NCBI GenBank assembly: GCA_009914755.4
Contig: CP068257.2
Span: 44,352,001 to 44,416,000, forward strand
Direction of reading: 5' to 3'
Length of the DNA: 64,000 nucleotides
DNA from: the human T2T-CHM13v2.0 reference genome, Homo sapiens
Numbering within the stretch: position 1 is the stretch's first letter; every line of letters begins with the position of its first letter. A program made the position numbers and the translations under genes. The notes below the pieces were generated by a model. The model was not told the DNA's origin, did not search any database, and saw only the letters and a list, made by a program, of their open reading frames with translations. Below are positions 26,572 to 39,941 of this stretch, piece after piece.

Positions 26572-26739
26572 GTGAGTACCTCGGCGGCCGGGACACGTGG
26601 GGAGGAGGGCACCGTGGTTGGGGCGAGGGCTCTGAGAGGACGGGGCTCTGGGAGGAGGGCCTGGCGGTCACGAGAGTAGGTGCATGGCTCACTCCGGTGG
26701 CTGAGCACCACCGTGCCGTGCCCTCTCTGGGGAGCTTAG

Positions 26740-27435
<696 letters not shown>

Positions 27436-27595
27436 CCCACCCTGCACGCCGGCACCAAACCCTGTCCTCCCACCCCTCCCCACTCATCACTAAACAGAGT
27501 AAAATGTGATGCGAATTTTCCCGACCAACCTGATTCGCTAGATTTTTTTTAAGGAAAAGCTTGGAAAGCCAGGACACAACGCTGCTGCCTGCTTT

Positions 27596-27770
27596 GTGCA
27601 GGGTCCTCCGGGGCTCAGCCCTGAGTTGGCATCACCTGCGCAGGGCCCTCTGGGGCTCAGCCCTGAGCTAGTGTCACCTGCACAGGGCCCTCTGAGGCTC
27701 AGCCCTGAGCTGGCGTCACCTGTGCAGGGCCCTCTGGGGCTCAGCCCTGAGCTGGCCTCACCTGGGTTCC
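27596..27770. repeat. 39-bp tandem repeat (~4.5 copies) inside the COL6A1 3'UTR
   Basis: cagggccctctggggctcagccctgagctggcgtcacctg repeated with single-base variants. Confidence 0.85.
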
Positions 27771-28450
27771 CCACCCCGGGCTCTCCTGCCCTGCCCTCCT
27801 GCCCGCCCTCCCTCCTGCCTGCGCAGCTCCTTCCCTAGGCACCTCTGTGCTGCATCCCACCAGCCTGAGCAAGACGCCCTCTCGGGGCCTGTGCCGCACT
27901 AGCCTCCCTCTCCTCTGTCCCCATAGCTGGTTTTTCCCACCAATCCTCACCTAACAGTTACTTTACAATTAAACTCAAAGCAAGCTCTTCTCCTCAGCTT
28001 GGGGCAGCCATTGGCCTCTGTCTCGTTTTGGGAAACCAAGGTCAGGAGGCCGTTGCAGACATAAATCTCGGCGACTCGGCCCCGTCTCCTGAGGGTCCTG
28101 CTGGTGACCGGCCTGGACCTTGGCCCTACAGCCCTGGAGGCCGCTGCTGACCAGCACTGACCCCGACCTCAGAGAGTACTCGCAGGGGCGCTGGCTGCAC
28201 TCAAGACCCTCGAGATTAACGGTGCTAACCCCGTCTGCTCCTCCCTCCCGCAGAGACTGGGGCCTGGACTGGACATGAGAGCCCCTTGGTGCCACAGAGG
28301 GCTGTGTCTTACTAGAAACAACGCAAACCTCTCCTTCCTCAGAATAGTGATGTGTTCGACGTTTTATCAAAGGCCCCCTTTCTATGTTCATGTTAGTTTT
28401 GCTCCTTCTGTGTTTTTTTCTGAACCATATCCATGTTGCTGACTTTTCCA

Positions 28451-28456
28451 AATAAA
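28451..28456 (+). promoter_or_regulatory. COL6A1: Polyadenylation signal AATAAA for COL6A1
   Basis: ...gacttttccaAATAAAggttttcactcc... is the first canonical hexamer downstream of the stop and lies in a T/GT-rich context. Confidence 0.7.
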
Positions 28457-29302
28457 GGTTTTCACTCCTCTCCCTGTGGTTATCTTCCCCACAAAGTAAA
28501 ATCCTGCCGTGTGCCCCAAAGGAGCAGTCACAGGAGGTTGGGGGGCGTGTGCGTGCGTGCTCACTCCCAACCCCCATCACCACCAGTCCCAGGCCAGAAC
28601 CAGGGCTGCCCTTGGCTACAGCTGTCCATCCATGCCCCTTATCTGCGTCTGCGTCGGTGACATGGAGACCATGCTGCACCTGTGGACAGAGAGGAGCTGA
28701 GAAGGCAACACCCTGGGCTTTGGGGTCGGGAGCAGATCAGGCCTCAGTGGGCTGGGGCCGGCCACATCCACCGAGGTCAACCACAGAGGCCGGCCACAGG
28801 TTCTAGGCTTGGTACTGAAATACCCCTGGGAGCTCGGAAGGGGAGTTGAGATACTGCAGGGCCCATAGGAAGAAGTCTTGGGAGGCTCCACCTTTGGGGC
28901 AGAGGAAGAAGTCTTGGGAGGCTCCACCTTTGGGGCAGAGCAAGAAGAGGGCGGAGGGCAGAGGCAGCGAGGGCTCATCCTCAAAAGAAAGAAGTTAGTG
29001 GCCCCTGAATCCCAGAATCCGGGGTGCCCGGCTGTTCTGGGGGCCGCTAGGGGACTAAGAGGATCGGCCGAGGGCTGGGCTGGAGGAGGGCAGCAGGGAT
29101 GGGCGGCGAGGGTGAGGGTGGGGCTTCCTGAAGGCCTTCACCTGCGGGGACCCCGGCGAGCCCCTCAGGTGCCACAGGCAGGGACACGCCTCGCTCGATG
29201 CGTCACACCATGTGGCCACCAGAGCTGCGGGAAAATGCTGGGGACCCTGCATTTCCGTTTCAGGTGGCGAACAAGCGCCCCTCACAGAACTGCAGGTAGA
29301 GA

Positions 29303-29820
29303 CGGGCCCGGGGCAGACGCAGTGAGGCGGTGGGCGGGGCCCGGGGCAGACGCAGTGAGGCGGTGGGCGGGGCCCGAGGCAGATGCAGTGAGGCGGTGGG
29401 CGGGGCCCGGGGCAGAGGCAGCGAGCGGTGGGCGGGGCCCGGGGCAGACGCAGTGAGGCGGTGGGCGGGGCCCGGGGCAGAGGCAGCGGGTGGTGGGCGG
29501 GGCCCGGGGCAGACGCAGTGAGGCAGTGGGCGGGGCCGGGGTAGTCGCAGTAGGTGGTGGGCGGGGCCCGGGGCAGACGCAGTGAGGCGGTGGGCGGGGC
29601 CGGGGTAGTCGCAGTAGGTGGTGGGCGGGGCCCAGGGCAGACGCAGTGAGGTGGTGGGCGGGGCCCGGGGCAGACGCAGTGAGGCGGTGGGAGGGGCCCG
29701 GGGCAGACGCAGTGAGGCGGTGGGAGGGGCCCGGGGCAGACGCAGTGAGGCGGTGGGAGGGGCCCGGGGCAGACGCAGTGAGGCGGTGGGCGGGGCCCGG
29801 GGCAGACGCAGTGAGGCGGT
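29303..29820. repeat. Minisatellite, ~16 copies of the 33-bp unit GGGGCCCGGGGCAGACGCAGTGAGGCGGTGGGC, ~0.8 kb downstream of the COL6A1 polyA site
   Basis: Near-identical tandem units. Pseudo-ORFs arise on both strands. Confidence 0.9.
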
Positions 29821-31329
29821 TGCCAGCCTCTCTCAGCTGCCTCATGGGATTCGCACTGCAGCCGCGGCCCTGGCGCGACAAGGGCTGGACTTGGCCAGCG
29901 GGACGGTCCCTCACGGCGCTGAGGCCCACACTCTGCGTGGAGCCTCCCCGTGCCCAGGCTACCCTGCAAGGTCCTCGGAGAGGCTTCCTCCAGCCCCAGC
30001 CCCCACACAGCTCCGGCCCAGGCCCGCTCTTCCCCATCCCAGTTGCTTTGCGCTGTATACGGCCAGGTGACCCCGAGCCGGCCCTGAGCCCTCGTCCCGG
30101 CTTCCTCCCCTGTAAGCTGGGTGAAGGACTCCATGGCACCCACCTGAGAGGGTTGTGGCGAGGCCCAGGCCCCTCGTGCCCACACGGCCGGCGGCCCATG
30201 CCTGGCAGGGGCTGGGAGGAGGCTGGGGCGACCAGAGGGGAGCGGCCTGTCCTGGAGGAGGCCCAGGGACCCTGGTGAGAGGGTCTCTCCCAAGTGCTCT
30301 CTATGGGACCCCCTTCCTCTGCGCCCGTCCTTCACGGACCTCTCCGGGTCACCCCTGGGCTGTACACTGGGTTCAGGGGGGCCTTGAGGTGGGGCCCCTG
30401 TTCCCAAGTCCCGGCGGGGTTTCTCCTGAACCTCAACCCATCCTCACCTGCGGGCATTCCCATCCCCCAACGCCTGGGTCACCAGGATTCCAGGCAGGAG
30501 GGGCGGTGGGGGTTACCAAGGCCCGGGTTGCCATGCAGAACCCCCAGCCACCACGCAGACCCCCACGGGGCCCAGGGAAGCTCCTGGTCTCACACTGCAC
30601 CTCACACTTCCTGTGGGGGCAGACTCCAAGGTCCCGGCCTCTCATCTTGTAGAAACTGAGGCACAGGAGGGACACACACTCCCACGGCCGGTCACCGTGG
30701 CCCCCACACCTCCCACTGGACTGACACCTGGCCAGGCTCCGGACACCCGTGGCACAGCCTCAGCCCCTGGGGCCCCTGCTCCGTGGCCCCCAGGCCCCAG
30801 CTCCCATGTGCACGTCCTGCCTCAGGCCCGGAGGCCCCTCGGCCCCAAATAATCAGACAATTCAACAGCAAAACTACTTTTTTCAGGCTGGCAGGACTCT
30901 GGGCAACCCCCTGCAACAGCCCCCTGCCCTATCACAGCCACCCTTGCCTCCCAGGCACGGAGACCCCACCATCAGGTCCCAGCCTTGGTTCATCCCCAAG
31001 CACCCTGTGTGTTGGGATGGCGATGCTGGCTGAGCCCCTGCATCCCCACTGGAATCCCTTGGGGGCTCTCTGGCCACCCACATCTCTCCCTCTCCTTCCC
31101 ACTCCTCCCAGGAGCTGGGGCTCCGACACCCTGGGCTTCAGGGTCAGGAGCAAATCAGGCCTGGATGGGCTGGGGCAGGCCAGATCCAACTAGGTCAACC
31201 CAAGAGGACCAGCCCAAGGCTCTGGATTTGGTACTAAAACACCTCAGCCAAGGGGCCTTAGGGCTGCTGTGTCCAGTGTGTGCCCAAGACCCTCTTCCTG
31301 AAGGGATGTGAAAAGCCACGAATGTGAGT

Positions 31330-32010
31330 TTCCCCGTGCATTCGGCCATTCTCACACTGCTCTAAAGAACTGCCCAAGACTGGGTGATTTTTTTTGTTTT
31401 TTTTTTTTTTTTTTTTTGAGACAGAGTCTTGCTCTGTTGCCCAGGCTGGAGTGCAGTGGCGCGATCTAGGCTCACTGCAAGCTCCGCCTCCCGGGTTCAC
31501 GCCATTCTCCTGCCTCAGCCTCCCAAGTAGCTGGATTACAGGCGCCCGCCACCATGCCTGGCTAATTTTTTTTTTTTTATTTTTAGTAGAGACAGGGTTT
31601 CACCGTGTTAGCCAGGATGGTCTCGATCTCCTGACCTCGTGATCCACCCACCTCGGCCTCCCAAAGTGCTGGAATTACAGGCGTGAGCCACCGTGCGTGG
31701 CCAAGACTGGGTGATTTATAACGAAAAGAGATTCCATTGACTCACAGTTCCAGATGGCTGGGGAGTCCTCAGGAAATTTACAATCACGGCAGAAGGGGAA
31801 GCAAACACGTCCTTCTTCACATGGCAGCAGGAGAGAGAAGCATGAAGGAGGAACTTCCAAACACTTATAAAGCCATCAGATCACATGTGAACTCACTCAC
31901 TATCACAAGGACAGCACGGGGGAGGCCACCCCCGGGATCCAGCCACCTCCCTCCCTCAACACGTGGGGATTACAATTTGAGATGAGATGTGGGTGGGGAC
32001 ACGGAGCCGA
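31330..32010 (-). mobile_element. MaLR-type LTR fragment (THE1/MST-like, minus orientation) interrupted by an Alu
   Basis: ...attctcacactgctctaaagaactgcccaagactgggtgatttata...ctcacagttccagatggctggggag...ggggattacaatttgagatgagatgtgggtggggacac is the reverse complement of the MaLR LTR terminal consensus. The family name is from memory and subfamily is uncertain. Confidence 0.6.
31391..31702 (-). mobile_element. Alu SINE (minus orientation) inserted into the LTR, with 15-bp target-site duplication AAGACTGGGTGATTT
   Basis: Poly-T then gagacagagtcttgctctgttgcccaggctggagtgcagtggcgcgatc...ggcgtgagccaccgtgcgtggcc. The identical 15-mer is present at 31376-31390 and 31703-31717. Confidence 0.9.
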
Positions 32011-33935
32011 ACAGTATCACCTGCTTCAAGAAGGGAAGTGCCTTGATCCCTGAACCATCCTCCAAGCTGGTGGCCACACTGTGCTTCTCACCTGTGGCCT
32101 CCCAGGTCAGGAGGAGAGGCTAGGACCCCCTTTTGTTCTGGACGTTCCCCACACAGAACAGCTCAACTTTGAAAAAATAGGAAAGAAACCTTAGCCCATC
32201 AGGCCCACACTTGTTCCCAGTTTAGAAAAGTGATGTTTCAGATCATCACACCAAGTCTCCAGATAGGAGGGCAAAGCCAGTCACCCTGATGCTCTGAGTG
32301 GTGTTTCAGATCATCACACGAAGCCTCCAGATAGGAGGGCAAAGCCTGTCACCCTGATACTCTGAGTGGTCAGAGACCCCAGTCCTTCCTGGACCATCCA
32401 CAGCATGGCTCCTTGACTCCTAGGTCAGAGCAGGCTCCTGCCTCTTCCTGGCCCCTCCTGTCCTGGTGCAGGAGGAGCTGGGACCCACTGGCCTCAAGAA
32501 GGCAGGGGGTTGGCAGGAGGCACAGAGCCCCGGGATCTCAGGCCTGTCAGGAGGGTCTTCCCCTGCAACCATCAATCCTGATCCAGAACCGTGGGGGCAG
32601 TGCCAGGCCTGCGCTCTCTCCTTGGGAGCCTCTGGCTGCAGTTCCCTCCCAGGAAGGGTCCTCAAGGGGACAGGGACCCAGGGGGTCTGAGGGGGCTTTG
32701 GGGCCTAGCAGACTGTGGGGGTCCCAGGTGTCTCCCCAGCGCCCGCTGCCAGCCTCCACCAGCTCCCCTGTGAGGCCAGCCCCACCCGCCCACCTCAAAA
32801 GCTACCCTAGATCCAACAGCCTGAGCTGGGGACATACAGGGCCTATTTGCCCACCTCGGGACCCCTGTAGCTGAGTGCCATCCTAACCACCATCCATCAC
32901 CGGGGGTTGGGGGTGGACGGAGGCCTGAGGCCACTTTTGTTTTTCCTCCTGCCACTGCAGCTACGATAGCCCAACGCCGCGCAACGATGACAAACGACCT
33001 CAGCTGTGGCTTTGCTGTGACCCTTTCCTGGACAGCACCAGTGCTGGGGTCCTCACTTTCCTTTTTTGGATTTTGTTTCTCCTTGTTATGTTCCACTTTT
33101 AATCTTTCGAGATGTGTTGTCTTCCACGCATGTTTGCAGACAGCAGTACTCACGTTTCCAAACCCAATCCAATCATCTTTGCTCTTTATGGAAAAGTTAA
33201 ACACATTCATATTTCAGACAAATGATATTTGGCCTTTTCAAGGCATTTTTTATGCTACGATTATGGAAGCATGTGGAGGGGTTGTTTCCATTCCATCCAA
33301 GGTCAGTTTGCCTGTGCGGTTCCCTGACCCCCGCCCGAGGGAGACCTCCGGGTTGGTGAAATGACTGAGCACAGGTGTCCTCCCACCCTCCGCGCTGGCT
33401 GGTCCGCCAGCACTTTCTGCAGAGACAGCTTCTAGATGGCAGCGCTCCCCACACAGGTTGCAGACCATGTCCCTCTCCTTCTCGCAGCTCCAGGTGGTGA
33501 TGCCTCAGGCCCTGCAGGCTGGGGACCACATCTTGAGTGAGGGTGCGGTGTCGCCTCAGGGACATGAGTTAAACTGTGAGAGACGCCCCCTCACACCCCT
33601 AAAAGGCTGAAGCTGGACTGGCAGCACCAGCGCCGGCAGTCTGCAAGGATGTGGGGTGACTGCAGCCCTCTTGCGGGCTGTGAGGTGCAGCTGCTTTAGA
33701 ATCTCCCCTCCGTTTCTCAAAGCCCAGTACGCACTTGCCCACCTCAGCCAAGCTCCTGAGCGTTTGCCCAGATAGGTGAAACACAGAACTCATGCGCAAG
33801 TCCGGAGAGACGCGCACGGATGTTCACAGCAGCTTCGGTTGGTGAGTGGACTGGGAGCAGTTCCGCCCCCACCCAGCCAGCTTGAAACAGGAGGCTGAGC
33901 CTCCAGTGAGGTGTCGACGCATTGATTTCAGCTGT

Positions 33936-34412
33936 GAGACCCCAGCACAGGCCCCAGCTGAGCCGCGACCAGGCGTCTGACCACAGAGCCGGCGAGATGG
34001 CACGTTGGTGCCGCTGAGACCCCAGCACAGGCCCCAGCTGAGCCGTGACCAGACATCTGACCACAGAGCAGGCGAGATGGCACGTTGGTGCCGCTGAGAC
34101 CCCAGCACAGGCCCCAGCTGAGCCGTGACCAGGCGTCTGACCACAGAGCCGGCGAGATGGCACGTTGGTGCCGCTGAGACCCCAGCACAGGCCCCAGCTG
34201 AGCCGTGACCAGGCGTCTGACCACAGAGCAGGCGAGATGGCACGTTGGTGCCGCTGAGACCCCAGCACAGGCCCCAGCTGAGCCGTGACCAGGCGTCTGA
34301 CCACAGAGCCGGCGAGATGGCACGTTGGTGCCGCTGAGACCCCAGCACAGGCCCCAGCTGAGCCGCGACCAGGCGTCTGACCACAGAGCCGGCGAGATGG
34401 CACGTTGGTGCA
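33936..34412. repeat. 80-bp tandem repeat, ~6 copies (GAGACCCCAGCACAGGCCCCAGCTGAGCCGTGACCAGGCGTCTGACCACAGAGCCGGCGAGATGGCACGTTGGTGCCGCT)
   Basis: Period measured between successive gagaccccagc occurrences at 33936, 34016, 34096, 34176, 34256 and 34336. Confidence 0.88.
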
Positions 34413-34804
34413 GCTCTGAGGCATTGCTTCAATACACGGTTGTGTTAGAATGAATACGCCTCATCTTTATCCCCAACCCTGTGAGCTCTTCCCATATTTC
34501 TAGTAGACTTTTCCCTCCCTCCCCCAACCCCTTGCTCCTGGAATGGAGCCACCATTCACCCAAGGTGGGTGCCCCTCCTTTCTTCCACGCGGAGTGGGGG
34601 CAGCTCCTTTGATGGCTGGTTTGCACGTCGACCATCCCTTCCCATAGGTCTCCTGGGGAAGTGACACCTTCCCTCCTCCTGTCAGCCCCAGGACCGACTG
34701 GCCCCACACACAGACCCGCGCAGGAGCAGCAGGGTCTGGACCCCAGGCAGTTTGGTCCATCCTGGGCTTAGGGGGCCTCCTGCTGATCTTCATTCTCTTC
34801 CTTG

Positions 34805-35000
34805 GAGAGGACAGGGCAGGAGCAAACACCTCCAAGGGAGTGACCTCTTCACAGAGTGACCTCTCCAAGGGAGTGACCTCCTCACGGGAGTGACCTCTCC
34901 GGGGGAGTGACCTCCTCACGGGAGTGACCTCTCCGGGGGAGTGACCTCCTCACGGGAGTGACCTCTCCGGGGGAGTGACCTCTTCACGGGAGTGACCTCT
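34805..35000. repeat. 18-bp tandem repeat GGGAGTGACCTCYYCAC (~10 copies), each unit containing TGACCT
   Basis: gagtgacctcttcacagagtgacctctccaagggagtgacctcctcacgggagtgacctctccgggggagtgacctcctcac... Confidence 0.85.
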
Positions 35001-35140
35001 CCAAGGGGGGGTGTGTGCATGTGTGCACGTGTGTGCATGTGTGTGCGTGTGTGTACGTTTGTGCGTGTGTGTACATGTGTACGTATGTGTGCATGTGTGT
35101 GCGTGTGTGACTGCATGTGAGGATGTCTGCCTCCAAAAGT
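35000..35140. repeat. Imperfect (TG/CA)n-(GTGTGCAT)n tract
   Basis: gtgtgtgcatgtgtgcacgtgtgtgcatgtgtgtgcgtgtgtgtacgtttgtgcgtgtgtgtacatgtgtacgtatgtgtgcatgtgtgtgcgtgtgtgactgcatgtg. Confidence 0.85.
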
Positions 35141-36049
35141 GGGGGTAACAATAGTGTGCAGCCTGTTCTTGTTCCTGACTTTGGCAGAAACGCCAAAAGT
35201 GTGTCCCACTAAGACACTGTTTTTCTATTTGTCCATAAAAATGAGGAAATAAATCTTGTTTTTCATAGATGGAGATGATTATATAATTAGCACCTTTGAA
35301 ATCGTGGAAGCCTGGTGATTTGGGGTCAGGGATCGAAGGGAGCAGTTCTGATTTTTGTATGTGAATGTGTCTGCTTAGATTTTCTATATTTACTTAGTTA
35401 ATTTCAGTCAGTCATATAAAACTGTCTTTTCTTTCAGGTTTTTCAGTGTTTGGGTCCGGTGTTACAGTAATCTTCTAAGATTTTTTTCCCCTTCTTATAG
35501 GAAATCACTTGGTGATTAGGCCACCAAGAACATCATTCTGACAATCATCGGAATTTTAATATGTCTGTGAATTGGATGATGGCATTGTATCAGTGGTATC
35601 AATGTTAAATTCCTGATTTTGAGCACTGTATGTGGTTATGTAAGAGAATGTTCTTGTTTTTAGGAAACACATACTGAAGTATTTAGGAATAAAATAATAC
35701 TGACTCCACTCAGCGACGGGATTAGCTTTTGTTTAGTAGTTTCAATAAGCAACTTTGCAAATGTGCAATGGCCACAATGTTTTTAACAAAGGTTCCATTT
35801 GGAATAAATTTGCTAATACCACTTAAGTAAGAAAATGGGGTGTGTAAAGTAAAAATTCTAACACATAACTAACATATTTTGGTGTGTATTTTTACAGCAG
35901 TTCCATGTCTATTGTTTTCTGAATATCCAGAGTAACCCAGAATGTTCTAAAATGTAGGAGGAAAACACAGGACCTCACACAAGCTGCAGACTAAGTTTCT
36001 CTTGGGAAAAAAAGTGATAAATGTTACTAAATTACTGACACCCCCCTAA

Positions 36050-39000
36050 CAAAGTTTGAAAAAATCGAGTTTTACTGATGGTGCACTGCCATGTTTATTT
36101 CTTCACACTCCCATAGCTATGAACATTGTACATAGTCCTTGTGTGGACACATACTTTCATTTCTTTGGGTAAATACCTAACAGTGGAATGGCTGTGTTAT
36201 ATGGTAGTTACTATTAACTTTTTAAGAAATAGCCAAATTGTTTCCAAAGTGATGCTACCATTTAACCTCCTCATCAGCAGTGTATGAGCACTGCTTCACA
36301 CCCTCAGCAACGCTTGGTCGGATCAGTCCTTTAAATTTCAGCCACTCTCACAGATGTGTAGTGGTGTCTCGCTGTGCTTTCATTTGTATCTCCCTAATTA
36401 CTAATGCTGTTGAGAATTTGTCATGTGCTTATTTGCCATCCATATTTTTTTTTGTTAAGTGTCTCTTTAAATCACTTGCCCATTTAAAAACATTGTTAGT
36501 TTTCTTACTATTGGGTTTTGAGAGTTTTTAATTATGTTCTAGAAAAGTGACTTTAGTCAGATGCATGATTTCAATAGTTTTTTTGCCAACCTTGTTTTCA
36601 TTCTCATAACAATGTATTTCAAAGAACAGAAGTTTTTAATTTTGATGAAGTCCATCTCATCTTTTTGTTTAATGAATCCTGCTTTTCATATATGTAAGAG
36701 CTCTTTGCCAAGCCCAATATTTTCCTCTGTAAGTTTCATAGTTTCAGGTTTTAAATGCTCTGTTTTGAATTAATAATTGCATATGGTACAAGATATGGAT
36801 CCAAGTTCATCTTTTTTCAAGTGGATGTCCAATTGTTCCAGCACCATTTGTTGAAAAAACTATCATTTCTTTGCTGATTTTTATTAGCTCCCTGGTTAAA
36901 AAAATTAGTTGTGAATATACATTAGGATTTATTTCTGGACTCTATGCTGCTCCATTGATCTATTTGTCTATCTTATGCCAATATTACACTGTCCTGATTA
37001 CTGTGGCTTTACAAGTCTTGAAATTACAGAGTGTTAATTTTCCAATGCTGTTGTCCTTTTTCAAAGTTGTTTTGGCTATTCTAGGTCACTTGAATTCCCA
37101 TATGAATTTAAAATCAGCTTGTCAATTTTTATAAAATAGCCTGTTGGAATTTTGATTGAATCAGCAGACCACTTTGGGGATAACTGACCACTTAACAGTA
37201 ACGATGGACACAGTTGACTTAGTTCATTCTGTGTTGTTATAAAGGGATATCTGAGGCTGGGTAATTTATAAAAGAAAGAAGTTTATTTAGGTCATGGTTC
37301 TGAAGGATGTATAAGGAGTATAGAGATGGAATCTGCTCAGCTTCTTTTGTACAGCTTTAGAACATGGTGGAGAAAGTCAGAAAGGAAGCGAGCACATGCA
37401 AAGGGGAACCAACCCTGATGTGCATCCTGACTTTATAGCCACCCACTCTCTCAGGAACTGGTGCATTCATCCAGAACCAATCCAGTCACCTTACAGACAA
37501 ACATGCAGACCACAGCAACAGTATAATTCTCCATTTATTTGGATCTTATTTATCTCAGCAATGTTTTATAAGTTTCAGTGTATAGGTTTTGCTTATATTT
37601 GTATAGATTTATACCCTAAGCAGATCATATTTTATGTCAATATTGTAAATGGTAATTTTAAATTTCAATTTATAAGTATTTGTTAATAACAGATAGAAAT
37701 ACAATTGATTTTTGGATTTTGAGCTTGTGTCCTGCAACACCACTAAACTTATTATTTGTAGCAGCTTTAAAAAGATTCCATTGGGCTTTCTATATAGATG
37801 ATCATATTGTCTATAAATAAAGACAGTTTTACTTCTGTTATTCCACCTTAGATGACTCATTTCTTTTTCCACCTTGTTGCACTGGCTAGAACCCCTATTC
37901 CAATATTAAAAAGAAGCAGTGAAAGTGGCCATCCTTGTCCCGATCTTAGAGTTTCCCACTAAGCATAATGTTAGCTACAGGTTTTTCAGAGATGCACTTT
38001 AACAAGTTGAGGTACTTCCCTTCTATTTTGTGTTTGTTCAGAGTTAGGGTTTTTTTTTTATTTTAATAAAGAACAGATACTGGATTTTATCAAATGCTTT
38101 TTCTGCATCTTTTGAAATAATCACAATTTTTCTCTTTTCTAGTTTGTTAATATGGTGAATTACAGTAGTTGATTTTCAGAACTTAAACCATCTTGTAATG
38201 TTCATTTATTTACAAATTTTTTAATGTTTTGTTCTGAGATAATTGTAGATTTCCATGCAGTTGTAAGAAACAATACAGAAAGATTCTGTATACCCTTTAC
38301 CCAGTTTCCCCCAACATTAGCATCTTGCAAACCTATAGTACAATGGCACAAACAGGATATTGACATCAACAGGACCATGATAAAGAACAATTCCATCACC
38401 ACGAGGATCCTCTGTGTGGCCCTTTTGTAGCCATACCCACTTTTCTCCCACCTCAATCCCCTCCACTACTGGCAACCACTAATCTATAGTCCATCTCTAT
38501 AATTTCATCATTTCAAAACTGTTATATGAATGGAATCATACTATCTGATCTTTTTGGATGGATTTTTTCACTCAGCATAACTCTTTGAAAATTTATCCAT
38601 GTTATTTCAAGTATCAATAGTTCATAATTCTCTGAAAATTTATCCAGGCTATTTCAAGTATTAATAGTTCATTTCTTTTTATTGCTGAGTAGTCTTTCAT
38701 GGTATGAATGTACCACAATTTGTTTAACCATTCATCTGCTGAAGGATATCTAGGTTGTTTCCAGTTTTTACCTATTATGGATAAAGCCACTATAAGCATT
38801 TGTGTATAGGTTTTTGTATGAACATAAATCTTCATTTCTTTGGGATAAAATCCCAGGAGTACAAATGTTGGGTCATATGGTAGTTGTATGGTTAGTTTTT
38901 TTTAAAACTTCCAAATTATTTTCTAGAGTGGCTGTATCATTCCCTCTAGCATTATGTTGATCCAATTTCTCCACATTCTTGTCAGAATTTGGCATTGATT

Positions 39001-39650
39001 ATAGCCTTTATTTTAACCATTCTGATAGATGAGTAATGATATCTCATGGTTTCGATTTGCATTTCCCTGATGGATAATAATGTTGACACATTCTCATGTG
39101 ACTATTTGCAATTGATACATTTTCTGTAGTGAAATATTTCTTCATGTATTTTGCCCAGTTCCTAATTGAATTGATTCTTTCTGTTGAGTTTTGAGAGTTC
39201 TTTATATATTCTAATACTAGTCCTTTGTCAGATAAGTGATTTGCAAATATTCTCTATAATTCTGTAGTCTTTTTATCCTAATAGACTCTTTCACTGAGCA
39301 AAACTTTTCAATTTTGATAAAATAAAGTATAATGTATAATTTTTTTTCCTTTTATGTATTGTATTTTGGTGTCAAGTCTAAGAATACTTTGTCTAGCACT
39401 AGATCCTGAAAAAATTTTCTATGTTTCCAAAAGTTTTATACTTTTATATTTTTCATCTGGTTCCACAACCCATTTTGAATTAATTTTTATATAAGTTGTG
39501 GCTTAGGTCAAGTTTCGTATTTTTGCTTATGGACATCCAATTACTCCAGTACCATCTGTTGAAAAGCAGTTTTCCTCCACTGAATTGTTTTTGCATCTTT
39601 GTGCAAAACTGAGTACTTTTTCAGCTCTGCCCTCTCTTGCTTCTTTCCTT
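36050..39650 (+). mobile_element. LINE-1 fragment (ORF2 3' region to 3' end, old L1M/L1P-like, + orientation), with an internal MaLR-LTR-like insertion at ~37215-37540
   Basis: AT-rich. Matches characteristic L1 ORF2 strings from memory (...ctccattgatctatttgtctatcttatgccaatattacactgtcctgattactgtggctttacaagtcttgaaatt..., ...ccattcatctgctgaaggatatctaggttgtttccagttttt...). Boundaries are approximate. Confidence 0.6.
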
Positions 39651-39704
39651 GTGAGACCCTGGTGGCATGCATGTCAGATCTTCAGTCAGTCCCACAGGTC
39701 CTAA

Positions 39705-39941
<237 letters not shown>

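Larger units (their letters stand above)
27436..28478 (+). other. COL6A1: COL6A1 3' UTR (~1.0 kb) within the last exon
   Basis: Follows the stop codon and ends ~20 nt after the AATAAA at 28451-28456. The cleavage site is approximate. Confidence 0.7.

Noticed and set aside
28549-28984. Possibility that the AATAAA at 28451 is not the real polyA signal and the gene continues
   Set aside because: The CDS stop at 27435 is unambiguous. The predicted 3'UTR length of ~1.0 kb agrees with the ~4.2-kb COL6A1 mRNA that I recall. No other AATAAA lies in a GT/T-rich context nearby. I retained it, at moderate confidence only.
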